Shown here piece by piece: positions 51,490 to 63,630 of a stretch of 64,000 bases of DNA. Within the stretch, counting starts at the first letter, position 1. Every line of letters begins with the position of its first letter. The notes below the pieces were generated by a model. It was not told the DNA's origin. It was given only the letters and a program-made list of their open reading frames with translations, and did not search any database. The position numbers and the translations under genes were made by a program. Source of the DNA: Octopus sinensis (lineage: Eukaryota); contig NC_043020.1 in the NCBI RefSeq assembly GCF_006345805.1, forward strand, positions 6,634,001 to 6,698,000. Direction: 5' to 3'.

Positions 51490-51700
51490 TAACATCATTA
51501 TCATCATCCTTTAAGATCCATTTTCTATGCTGGCATGGGTTGGACTGTCTGACCAGAGCTGGCAAGCAGAGGAGCTGCATCAGGTTCCAGTCTGTTGTGG
51601 CATGGTTTCTACAGCTGAATGCCCTTCCTATTGCCAACCACTTTACAGTGTATGATGGGTGCTTTTAACATGGTACCAGCACAGGGTTCTCGCAAGTCCT
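51490..51700 (-). mobile_element. Family C RTE 3'UTR, diverged
   Basis: (atc)n...catgggttggac...gaatgcccttcctattgccaaccac. Confidence 0.75.
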
Positions 51701-52159
51701 CTTTACCAGGGGTAGTGGTATTGACACTTCTGCTACTTACCACACAGTCTCTCCTGTGCATATGTGTGCGTATACATATATATGCATGATGCGTGTGTGC
51801 GCATATATGTGTGTGTGTACTTTTGTTTTCATATGTAATTGTTGTAAATGAGCATCACCCTCATGCAAGCAGTGTCCATTTCCAATCTGTCATGAAAACA
51901 TGTCTGGCCATGGGGGAAATATCACTTTACTTGGAAACAGGTGAAGGTTAGCAACAGGAAGGGTACCCAGCCATAGAAAATTGATTTCAATGAATTCCAT
52001 CTGACCCATGCAAGCATGGAAAAGTAGATAAGGAGCATAAGTTTGAAAGGAAGCAAGTACAGAAGGTTAAACCAATGATAAGACATTCTGAAGATAGACA
52101 TAAAAGTAAAGCTACCTCTAGCAGGATTTGAACCTAGAAGAAACAGTATAAAACATATA

Positions 52160-52476
52160 TATCATCATCATCATCATTGTTCGACCGTGGTTGAGACAAT
52201 GGAATTTACCATGCTACGCCAGACTTCACAGTCCATCATAGCATTATGGAGGTCCTGTTGCTGGATGCCTGTATCCCTGGAGATTACATCAGGGTAGGAG
52301 AGTGTGTGCCCTCTGGTATTGCGAGTAGATGGCTTCCAGAGGAGAAGAGTAGAAATTGCCTCGTTTTCAGCTCTACAACAATGTCCAGCAAACTGGACTC
52401 TCCTACCTTTCACAAGAGATGACACAGGTGGTAGTTTCCCATATATTTGCATTTTGGTTGGATGATGCTTCCACGA
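52160..52476 (-). mobile_element. RTE-like LINE 3' end (third family)
   Basis: SWKHHPTKMQIYGKLPPVSSLVKGRRVQFAGHCCRAENEAISTLLLWKPS...DTGI...MMDCEVWRSMV*, followed by (tga)n tail. Confidence 0.85.
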
Positions 52477-52559
52477 GAGACATATATATCATAGATCAGA
52501 GTTGACAGAATATGAGAGAGAGAGAGGAAAAAAAGAAAGACACACAAGCAAGTATTTAC

Positions 52560-52900
52560 TGCTATAGAGTCACCTAACAGGAACCTTTCAATTCAAGTGA
52601 TAAGAGATGGATGAAGGCCACTGATGGGCAGTGTGGTAAATAGACTCTAGACTCTCAAGTTGGACATAGAGAAAGGTTTTGCTTATGTCAAGAGCAATAT
52701 CAACAACATTGCATTTGTCATCCTTCCTCAAAGGTGAGAGACCACCAGTGAGTGACATGAAAGAGTAGGCCCCAAATAGATCTGGTTTTATAGAGACCAT
52801 CCTTTACTTTTAAGGTGTTGGCAGAGTTACAGGGATTAGCTTTGTCAGGGACAGAACAAAACCGATTTTAATAGAGTTGTTTTAGTTACTTTTGCATATA
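52560..52900 (-). mobile_element. Degenerate reverse-transcriptase remnant (CR1/L2/Jockey group)
   Basis: VVDIALDISKTF resembles the ALDISKAFD motif, followed in another frame by SGLHPSLIT*IERFL. Confidence 0.55.
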
Positions 52901-53574
52901 ATGTATGTCTTGGGTAGGATTTTATACTGCATTTGATAATGGGACCCTAGTTTGAGAATTCTAGGGTTTCGAGAAGTATGGAACTATCACTTAGTCACTA
53001 TTGTTCCAAGGCCTACTCTGACCTGGAGTAGCAACACCTGTCAGGACCTCAGCTTTGGGTTAATTAGTGTGTCATAGAACTGCCCCCTGAAAAAGATCAC
53101 TGACGGATACCTCAGTGGACCCAGGGCAGTTAAGGTCCTTCAGCTCTTTAGCTGATCATCTAAGAGAAGATAACTCCATACAACTCGTGTATCCTGATAA
53201 TTATCCTGAGTGTGGTCCTTGTTGCACCAGACCAATACAAGTTTGGAGGATGATAGAGTGGGACTGGCCCTGCCCAAACCATGCTTACCACAATAATAAA
53301 CCCCTGTTGCCTTGTGGGGTAATTTATTGAACATTTAAGAACAGGACAAGGGAGTAAACCTCTACAGAAAAATCAGGACCCTAAGGTGGACGTGTACAGT
53401 TATATTTCACCAATAACTGGTATCTCCAGCAACTCCATGGATGTTATGAACAAACTGACTTGTCTTTCGTTTGTGGTGTATCCTTAAATAGAGAAGTGGT
53501 AAATATACTTGAGGCTAGGCACTTGCTTCTGGAAACAGGCCCAGCTACAGCACACAGCTGAGGTAGTTACAGTT

Positions 53575-54058
53575 TCTTATTTCTTTATTGCCCACAAGGG
53601 GCTAAACATAGAGGGGACAAACAAGGACAGACAAAGGGATTAAGTCAATTACATCGACCCCAGTGCATAACTGGTACTTAATTTATCGACAAGGCGTCAA
53701 GCTGGCAGAAACGTTAGCACGCTGGGCGAAATGCGTAGCCGTATTTCGTCTGTCGCTACGTTGTGAGTTCAAATTCTGCCAAGGTCGACTTTGCCTTTCA
53801 TCCTTTCAGGGTCGATTAAATAAGTACCAGTTACGCACTGTGGTTGATGTAATCAACTTAATACCTATGTCTGTCCTTGTCTGTCCCCTCTATGTTTAGC
53901 CCCTTGTGGGCAATAAAGAAATAGGTACTTAATTTATTGACCCCGAAAGGATGAAAAGCAAAGTCGACCTTGGTGGAATTTGAACTCAGAACGTAGCGGG
54001 CAGATGAAATACTGCTAAGCATTTCGCCCGGTGTGCTAACGGTTCTGCCAGCTGGCCG
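53575..54058. mobile_element. Family B SINE (53691-53923, plus) inserted antiparallel into another family B SINE (minus)
   Basis: 18-bp TSD ggtacttaatttat(c/t)gac at 53673-53690 and 53924-53941. Confidence 0.92.
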
Positions 54059-54155
54059 CAGTTTCTGCAATACCACCAAGCGCAATGAAGAAGGCCAGAA
54101 ACAGTGTATAGGCTGCATTGAGAAGGTTCCATGTAGGGTGGGGATGGAATCCTTA

Positions 54156-54535
54156 GCACTCCGTCGGTTACGACGATGAGGGTTCCGGTTGATCCGAATC
54201 AACGGAACAGCCTGCTCGTGAAATTAACGTGTAAGTGGCTGAGCACTCCACAGACACGTGTACCCTTAATGTAGTTCTCGGGGATATTCAGCGTGACACA
54301 GAGAGTGACAAGGCCGGCCCTTTGAAATACAGGTACAACAGAAACAGGAAGTAAGAGTGAGAGAAAGTTGTGGTGAAAGAGTACAGCAGGGTTCACCACC
54401 ATCCCCTGCCGGAGCCTCGTGGAGCTTTTTAGGTGTTTTCGCTCAATAAACACTCACAACGCCCGGTCTGGGAATCGAAACCGCGATCCTATGACCGCGA
54501 GTCCGCTGCCCTAACCACTGGGCCATTGCGCCTCC
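54156..54535 (-). mobile_element. Family D tRNA-derived SINE, full length
   Basis: Reverse complement of 55261-55645; tRNA-Arg-like head with A box tggcccagtgg and B box gtttcgattcc. Confidence 0.9.
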
Positions 54536-54754
54536 CGGGGATGGGATATTCAGGGTGTGTAATTCTACCAAGTAAAATCAGGATTAATTTCACCCATGGT
54601 CTGATGGAAACCCGCTGCTGCTGGTAACTAAGAAACTTAATACTGGCGCTTGCGGTTGAGTGGTTGGTAGCAAAAAGCGGCGTCAACAAAATTGGGGTCT
54701 GTGAGGAGGGTAGGGTGGGGGGCGTCCAGCACATTTAACTCTTAACTGGCATTG

Positions 54755-55072
54755 TCGCCTATGGCAACAAGGGTTCCAGTCGATTCTACCAACTGGAACA
54801 GCCTGCTCGTGAAATTAACATGCAAGTGGCTGAGTACTCCACAGACATGTGCACCCTTAACGTAGTTCACAGGGAGATTTCAGCTTGACACGGAGTGTGA
54901 CTAAGCCGGCCCCTCTGAAATACAGATACAACTTATCTTTGCCAGCAGAGTTGACTGGGGTAACGTGAAATAAAATGTCTTGCTCAAGGAAACAATGCAT
55001 CGATGGTGATTGAACTCACGATCTCATAATCACGGGCTGAACACTGTAACCACTAAGCCACGTGCCCTTCCA
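54755..55072 (-). mobile_element. Family H SINE: different tRNA head joined to the family D 3' body
   Basis: Minus head gaagggcacgtggcttagtgg...gagttcaatc...ccttgagcaagacatt, then gtatttcagaggggccggc...ttaatttcacgagcaggctgttcc shared with D; the same head appears degenerate at 12215-12340. Confidence 0.75.
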
Positions 55073-55260
55073 CTATTAACTCTCTTTGTTACAGGTGGAA
55101 ATACACCAATCTAATCTGTTCCAGGTAATTTTGGAAACAACGAAGGATTTAGTGAAACAAAACCCACCAAAGGTGAGGTTCTTGAGGACCAACGTGCGCT
55201 TGGTGATGTATTGAAACGGTCTCTTGATGAGGCTGTGTGATGTGTGTGTATACACAGACA

Positions 55261-55645
55261 GGAGGCGCAATGGCCCAGTGGTTAGGGCAGCGGACTCGCG
55301 GTCGTAGGATCGCGGTTTCGATTCCCAGACCGGGCGTTGCGAGTGTTTATTGAGCGAAAACACCTAAAGCTCCACGAGGCTCCGGCAGGGGATGGTGGTG
55401 AACCCTGCTGTACTCTGTCACCACAACTTTCTCTCACTCTTTCTTCCTGTTTCTGTTGTACCTGTATTTCAAAGGGCCGGCCTTGTCATTCTCTGTGTCA
55501 CACTGAATATCCCCGAGAACTACGTTAAGGGTACATGTGTCTGTGGCGTGCTCAGCCACTTACACGTTAATTTCACGAGCAGGCTGTTCCGTTGATCGGA
55601 TCAACCGGAACCCTCGTCGTCGTAACATACGGAGTGCTTCCATCC
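55261..55645 (+). mobile_element. Family D SINE with 11-bp TSD
   Basis: atacacagaca at 55250-55260 and 55646-55656. Confidence 0.93.
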
Positions 55646-55924
55646 ATACACAGACATATATAGGTTAATCTTTGAGGTTTTTGTTAGTATCAGTTTTGAT
55701 TTAGGTTTCATGTGTGTGTGTCTGTGATGGATAATTAATAATTAATTAAAAAACATCATCTGTGTCATTCATAAATTCCTATTTACATTGGTGTATATAA
55801 ATACCAATCTATCTATATATAAATATATGTGTGTGTGTATGTATATTTTTCTTTAGAATGTTTCAGCTTCAAAGCAGCGGTCATACTGGGGCACCACCGT
55901 TTATATATGGTATTCTTATTCGCA

Positions 55925-56162
55925 TACCTATTTCTTTACTACACACAAGGGGCTAAACACAGAGGGGACAAACAAGGACAGACAAACGGATCAAATCGGT
56001 TACATCGACCCCAGTGTGTAACTGGTACTTAATTTATCGACCCCGAAAGGATGAAAGGCAAAGTCGACTTCGGTGGAATTTGAACTCAGAACATAACGGC
56101 AGATGAAATACTGCTGAGCATTTCGCCTGGCGTGCTAACGTTTCTGCCAGTTCGCCTCCTTC
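55925..56162 (-). mobile_element. Family B SINE
   Basis: Full B reverse complement. Confidence 0.9.
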
Positions 56163-56334
56163 GCATACCTGGCAACTCTGGTCGCCTACTGCGAAATATA
56201 AAATCTTATATAAATCCACAACGCTCCATCTCAAAAACCCACTCTTGTCCCTGTAAGTTGTTTTTTATATTTTCTACAGATTGCTTGAAGCTAACTTTCT
56301 TCCTACACTTCGATCCTTTGATCTTACATTTATA

Positions 56335-56710
56335 TACATCATCATCGTTTAACGTCTGTTTTCTATGTTGGCATGGGTTGGATGGTTTGGCTGAGGTCTG
56401 GAGAGCAAGCGGCAGCATCAGACTCCAATCTGATCTGGCAGAGTTTCTACAGCTGGATGCCCTTCCTAACGCCAACCACTCCATGAGTGTAGTGGGTGCT
56501 TTTTACGTGCCACCGGCACTGGAGCCAGTCAGGCAACCCTGGCATCGTTCATGTTCGGATAGTGCCTTTTATGTGCCACTGGGTACTGGAGCCAGTCGGG
56601 TGGCCCTGACATCGATCACGTTTGGATAGTGCTTTTTATGTGCCACTGGCATGGGAGCCAGTCAGGCAGACCTGGCATTGGCCACATTCGAATGATGCTT
56701 TTTACATGCT
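56335..56710 (-). mobile_element. Family C RTE 3'UTR with 3-4 internal units
   Basis: (atc)n-gtttaacgtc... and repeated gtgccactgg units. Confidence 0.85.
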
Positions 56711-57751
56711 ACTACATATACAAATATATTTTACAATATATATAGACTGCAGCTATGCTGGGGCACTGCCTTGAAGAATTGACCCCTACACTTGTTTGAG
56801 GCCTGTACTAGGTCTATTGGTCTCTAAGTTATGGGGATGTGAACAAACCAAGACCAGCTGTCAAGCAGTGGTACGGATACACACACACACCGAGCTTCTT
56901 TCAGCTTCTGTCTCCCAAATCTATTCGCAAGGCTTCAGTTAGCCTGAGACTATAGCAGAAGGCACTTGCTCAAGGTGCCACGCAGTGGGACTAAACCCAG
57001 AATCATGTGGTCGGAAAGCAAACTTCTTACCACACTTCCATGCCTGCATCTATATACATATATACACACACACACATGCATAAGCTTGTTTCAGTTTCCC
57101 TCAACCAAATCCACTCACAAAGCTTTGGTTGGCCCGAGGTTATAGAAGGCCAGGTTATAAAAGCACCGATTACACTCTCATAGTGGTTGGCATTAGGAAG
57201 GGCATCCAGCTGTAGAAAGCCGTACCAAATCAGACTGGAGCCTGGTGCAGCCTTCCAGCGTGCCAGCCCAGCCAAACCGCCCATCCCATGCCAGTATGTA
57301 TGATGGACATTAAATGATGATTATGAATAATGAATTCTGATTTAAGCACTGGAGATAACCCCTCATAACTTTATCCCTTGGAATTTTCAGAAACGTTTTG
57401 CAAATTTGTGTTCTACCCATGGGATATTCATAGGATTATGAAAAAAGCTTTTTCAAACTTTTAAACCCCCCCGCCCCCCCCCCAAAAATCCCAAATTTTT
57501 CCACTTTATCAAATTTTCTTAAAATCAGAACTTAAAACATGGACAGTCTGAATATTTTGCTTAAATCCCAGCAATGGCCCACCAGATTATCATTCCATAA
57601 AATGTGTTTACAGGGAGAAAAAATATTGAAAACCATTAACACATGTCAGAGCGATCAAAAACCAAGGAAGGTATCAGGTGGTCGTGAGATGTGCTAAAAA
57701 TAACAGCTACATCGCCTTTAAATCACACACACGCACACAAAAACAGTTTTG

Positions 57752-58075
57752 TTACTCTCTTTTACTTGTTTCAGTCATATGACTGCGGCCATGCTGGAGC
57801 ACCGCCTTTAGTTGAGCAAATCGACCCCGGGACTTATTCTCTGTAAGCCCAGTTCTTATTCTATCGGTCTTTTTGGCGAACCGCTAAGTTACATGGATGT
57901 AAACACACCAGCATCGGTTGTCAAGCAATGCTAGAGGGACAAACAGAGACACATATATACGACAGGCTTCTTTCAGTTTCCGTCTACGAAATCCACTCAC
58001 AAGATGTCACGCAGTGGGACTGAACCCGGAACCATGTGGTTGGTTAGCAAGCTACTTACCACACAGCCACTCCTG
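57752..58075 (-). mobile_element. Family A SINE, young, small internal deletion
   Basis: Near-identical to 3823-4230. Confidence 0.9.
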
Positions 58076-58963
58076 TTATTTTTTCATATATAATTGCATC
58101 AATTCCCATGTGTAGAATACAATTTAGCAAAAATTTTCTTAACCCCCCCCCATGAAAAATACGAGGGGTTATATGGGGGGGGGGGGATCTTAAACCAAAA
58201 TTCCGCCAATAGTTCTTGCAGATAGGAGGGGAGGATTCAGCATTATTGACTTTCAGCCTTGCGCAATTTTTCTGAGTTGCAAAATATCTACCAAGAACTG
58301 AGTCTGCCCTTCCGTTCCTCGAAAATCGATACAATAACTTCCCCATTTCGTATCCTATACGATTCCCTGATATCAATTTAAGCCACAGAAGCATCCCACC
58401 CCACCCCACCAAACCCGCATCGACCACCTCCTGCAAAAGAAATTTATGGCCTCGTGCCATGGTTAAGAAATCATTGTTGATCATATAATTATTAAAAAAA
58501 AAGAAGAATTCTTGAGTTCTTGAGAAATGGTAAATGTGAGTGCCTCAGCAAAATAAATAAAGCAGCTCCGAGCTGGTCGGGAATTGAAAAAAAAAAGATA
58601 GATAAATAGATAGATATAAAAATCTCAGCGCGGTTTCGATATTGAACGGGATTCGTTTCGTTTCACTTGGCTTGGTTTAAGGAAGGATGGATGGATGGAG
58701 AAAGGGAAGGAGATGGCGAGAAGGGAAAGGCATTAACAACACGACTTCCTCTTTCGCTTTAGAAGGCCCCGAATATGCATACGCACAAATGTATACACAC
58801 GCATATATACACACAATATATATATATATACAAACAATATATATATATACACAATATATATAAATATATATAAATATATATATATATACACACTATATAT
58901 AAATATATATATATACACACACACACTATATATAAATATATATATATATATATACACACACAC

Positions 58964-58997
<34 letters not shown>

Positions 58998-59401
58998 GAG
59001 AAATATATAGCTATACATAATCGTGTTTAAGGCGCGCTATTTTATGCCCGATTTTAACTGAAAAACAAGAAAACTGGCGAGCGAATTATACACAGGACAA
59101 AGATAAAGCTATGAGAATATATATATATATATATATATATATGAGACGAAAGATCGCCATATATAGTATATAATTTATATATAATTAGGGCTTAGTAAAA
59201 TAAATTACTTTGCCCTAATTATATAATGTAATATTTTGAATTCGCCTTAAATGGTCCTTTTACATACTGAACACTTGGTGAAATTGATTAATTAATTAAT
59301 TTTACCCTCAATTGTTGATATATATATATATATATACAAAGGTTATATACATAAATATAGATAGATACAAACACATACATGTGCGTATATACATAACTCA
59401 C

Positions 59402-59465
59402 CGCAACGGATTCCTACCTCCAAGAGTTGAAGAATTATGGCTAAAGAGTCTGACGAGTTGTCCAT
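59402..59465 (-). CDS. Candidate first coding exon (MDNSSDSLAIILQLLEVGIRC, phase 1)
   Basis: ccccATGG context and CG|gtgagt donor at 59401 in a unique 190-bp island; no protein homology recognised. Confidence 0.2.
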
Positions 59466-59531
59466 GGGGCCAAGTCCTTTATGGATGCGAAACTATTGGC
59501 CACTATACTGTCCGGACATATACTTAACTGC

Positions 59532-59594
<63 letters not shown>

Positions 59595-60209
59595 ACAATA
59601 ATAAAGGGTGAAATTAATTAATTTAGAAATAATCATTAATTTCACCAAGTAGAGTTTGGCATGTAAAAGCCCCATTCAAGGAAGGTTTAAGTAATACTAA
59701 GTAATTAAGGGTTTGTGAGGCAATTCGTTGCTAAATCCTTAATTACTATATATATATATACACACACACACAGGTTGGTATTCTCATGGGGCGGGGGAGA
59801 AAAGGGAAAGAGATGCGACTTTAATTGTTTTTTTCTCAATTAACCAAATAGCCATCAACTACAATAATAACAAACTAGGAAACTCCTCCGAACCATAACG
59901 AAGGAGAGAGAAATGGATGTGAAGGGGAAGGGTGTGATCAACCCATGGCCACCCGGACCGCGAGTACGAAGAGACACCAAAAATTTCTTATAACTTATAC
60001 CTGTTAAGATGTGGTGGAGATATTTTTTAGATGGAGCGGGAGTGGTGGTGGTAGCTAACCATTAACAGTTTTGTTCGCGGGGGCACTGAGAGCCCTTGCT
60101 TAGGGCACGACCGAGTCTCTAATAGGGGGATGCAGGACCAGCTAGAAAAAGTAGCCAAATTTCCTCACAAACCACACGCAACCACCTTATATATATATTG
60201 ATAAATATA

Positions 60210-60495
60210 TCCGTTGCCAGCCTCGCCTGGCCCTCGTGCCGGTGGCACATAAAAAGCACCATCCGTTTCGTGGCCGTTTGCCAGCTCTGTCTGGCACAAG
60301 TGCGGGTGGCACGTAAAAAGCACCCACTACACTCACGGAGTGGTTGGCGTTAAGAAGGGCATCCAGCCGTAGAAACACTGCCAGATTTGACTGGGCCTGA
60401 TGAAGCCTTCTGGCTTCACAGACCCCAGTAGAACCGTCCAACCCATGCTAGCATGGAAAACGGACGCTAAATGATGATGATGATGATGATGAAAA
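60210..60495 (+). mobile_element. Family C RTE 3'UTR
   Basis: Near-identical to 15435-15742. Confidence 0.9.
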
Positions 60496-60838
60496 TATAT
60501 GCATATATATAAGCATATATGTACGTACCTACCTCTACATGTACATATACACGCATATATGAGTACAGGACACCAAAAGGACGTCGAACACAATGAGAAA
60601 CGAAAACATAGACACAAACCCAAGGAACTGGACATTTTTTTAAACAACAAAAAAATAGAGTACAGGACAATTAACACAAAGAAAAAACCCTTCTTCAGTC
60701 GCCATGGTTTCATCTACTCTACGTTTCGAAGGTGATATACATATATATATATATATATCGTTTTTAGAAAAACCCAGAGTAACCCTCATAAACCGGCCTT
60801 CACTAGTAAATTAATATATCTATAAGGCCACCGGCCAT

Positions 60839-60900
60839 TAGGGTCTGATGAGACGTGTGTAAAACTAAGAGCTTGATGAAAGTGAAACAGGTTAACCCTA
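60839..60900 (+). ncRNA. Degenerate minimal type I hammerhead-like motif
   Basis: tagggt-CTGATGA-(32 nt, weak stem II)-GAAACAGGTT-a-acccta; 6-bp stem I and intact core, weak stems II and III. Confidence 0.45.
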
Positions 60901-60960
60901 TCAACCGGTCATAACTCTATAACTTAGCTTGCTTTTCTTTCGGATTTATTATTTACTGAC

Positions 60961-61045
<85 letters not shown>

Positions 61046-61061
61046 TTTTATAAGCTAAAGC

Positions 61062-61312
61062 TTATAAGCGATCACCGGGCACTGACTATGGTAAACAGTC
61101 CAATATTAGGGCATATGAACCCTCGACGGAAAACAGTGGGTTTTCCATACGCATGGGACTCGAACCTACACCTCTGTGTATTCGCGAATACGTAGAGGTG
61201 TGCGTTCGATCCCCATGCGTACAGCAAACCCTACTTTTTTCCCCCCGTCGAGGGCTTATATGTCTCAGTATTGGACTGTTTACCTTAGTCAATGCGCAGT
61301 GATCGCTTATAA
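61062..61312. mobile_element. 250-bp loopless imperfect palindrome (fold-back/MITE-like) with tRNA-like inner ends
   Basis: Arms ttataagcgatcac...cctct..gtattc, roughly 80% complementary by eye; centre ttcgcgaa. Confidence 0.85.
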
Positions 61313-61381
61313 AATATTATTCACAAAAGTGTAAAATTCGGCACCGTTTACCAAATAATCGCAATATAAGCCATACGCATT

Positions 61382-61616
61382 ACACATGGATTAAAGGAAG
61401 CCCAAAGTGACTCTTAAATATATATATATATATATATAATTCGGATTGAGTATCCTGATGCATTTACCTGAAATGAAAGAAAAAAAAAACGAGGAGAGAG
61501 TCGTGGCCGGAGTGCTTTTATCATAGGTCTGTCCGAGCGGGTTTGACCTACGGTTAAAGTACATCACGTATGGAAAAAATTTAAGAGTCACTTTGGGCTT
61601 TCTTTAATCCATGTGT
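61382..61616. mobile_element. MITE with 38-bp TIRs
   Basis: acacatggattaaaggaagcccaaagtgactcttaaat versus atttaagagtcactttgggctttctttaatccatgtgt (1 mismatch). Confidence 0.88.
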
Positions 61617-61689
61617 GATGTGTATGGCTTATCTTCTAAGCCTTGCCTTTCTGCCAACACACGAAACACGCACTCATATTCTATACATA

Positions 61690-61946
61690 AACGTGCTTAT
61701 ATATACATATATATATATATACATACATATACAATATATGTACAAAATATATATAATATATATATAATTATATATATATACATACTATATACATACATTA
61801 TACATACATATATACATATATATACATACATATATACATATATATATACATATATATATACCACATAGATACATAGATATATACATATATATATACATAC
61901 TATATACATATATATATAATATATATACATACATATATATAATATA

Positions 61947-61991
<45 letters not shown>

Positions 61992-62655
61992 CATATATAT
62001 ATATACATCTATATATATACATATATATACATATATACATATATATATATACATATAATATAATACATATATACATATATATATATACATATATACATAT
62101 ACATATATATATATACATATATATATAATATATACATATATACATATATATATATACATATATACATATAATATATACATATATACATATATATATATAC
62201 TATATATATACATATATACATATATATATATACATATATATACATATATACATATATATATATATACATATATACATATATATATACATATATAATATAC
62301 ATAATATATATATATATATACATATACACTATATATATATATACATACACATATATATATATACATACATATAAATACATATATATATACATATATATAT
62401 ATACATATATATACATATATATATACATATATATATACATATATATATATACATACACATATATACATACATATACATATATATATATACATACACATAT
62501 ATATATACACATACATATACATATATGCATATATATATACATATATATATACATATATACATATACATATATATATACATATGTACATACATTATATATA
62601 TACATATATATACATATATATATATATATACATATATATACATATATATATATTT
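61690..62655. repeat. ~1-kb (TA)n/(CATA)n microsatellite
   Basis: Direct inspection. Confidence 0.97.
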
Positions 62656-63056
62656 CTTGTGTACACCCTCACAAATGCTTGTGTTATTACCCAAGGCCGT
62701 ATCGTATATATAACCTGGATATGCAGTTGTAATAAAATATTCTTGCTATGTTCGCTTGGCTCACCCGACCCGACCCGACCCGACCAACCGATTCTTCTTT
62801 TCGTCTCTCCCTGCGACTGCACCATTTCTTTCATTCTCTGGTGTTTTCATTTAAGCTTTCAAAGGTCGATCATTCATTGTCAAGATTAAAATAAATAAAT
62901 GAAAGAAGAAGGCGATAGGCAGGCTGGTTTTGCATGTTTGATAGATGTCGGTCAAAGAGAGGGGTCGGTTCGGTTCGGCTCGGCTCCAACGATTATACCA
63001 TAGCAATGAACAACTTACATAGCTTTACATATTATACACATGTACAGATGAATACT

Positions 63057-63099
<43 letters not shown>

Positions 63100-63256
63100 G
63101 TTTGTACGTAGTGTGTGTTTTCTTGAAGGCAGCAAATAACTATACTAACACGTGTATATGTGTGTAGAAAGTAGAAAGAATAGCCATAACTCTTTGACTG
63201 CTATTTCTAAATTCGGTGTGTGGTGAGGCAAATCGTGCTAAACCCTAATTACTTAG

Positions 63257-63303
<47 letters not shown>

Positions 63304-63588
63304 ATATATATGTTATATGTAAAAACGTGTTAGTGGTTGAAGTAACCGACTAAGGGATAAAAAATGCGTATGTACTATCGGTATCCGTTGCTTGTATTAT
63401 CCTCGGGCAATGAATGGTGTGCAAAAAAGACCAATGTGTTGGTTAATCTGTAGTTGTCTCCATTTTCTAATTATTTGCATTATATCTATCTATCTATCCA
63501 TCTACCTCTCCTATCTATCTATCTATCTATCCATCCATCCATCCATCCATCCATCTACCTATCTATCTTATATAATGTATCATATCTA

Positions 63589-63630
<42 letters not shown>

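Noticed and set aside
55261-55335. tRNA genes at SINE heads (families A, B, D, H)
   Set aside because: A and B boxes are present but acceptor stems are not closed, and each continues into a SINE body
58056-58484. 142-aa non-repetitive minus-strand ORF
   Set aside because: No recognisable domain, both ends run through G/C homopolymers, and the donor candidates are weak
61697-62694. Tyr/Ile/Met/Cys-rich ORFs up to 324 aa (also 41205-41731 and 42507-44090)
   Set aside because: Pure (TA)n/(CA)n/(CTAT)n translations
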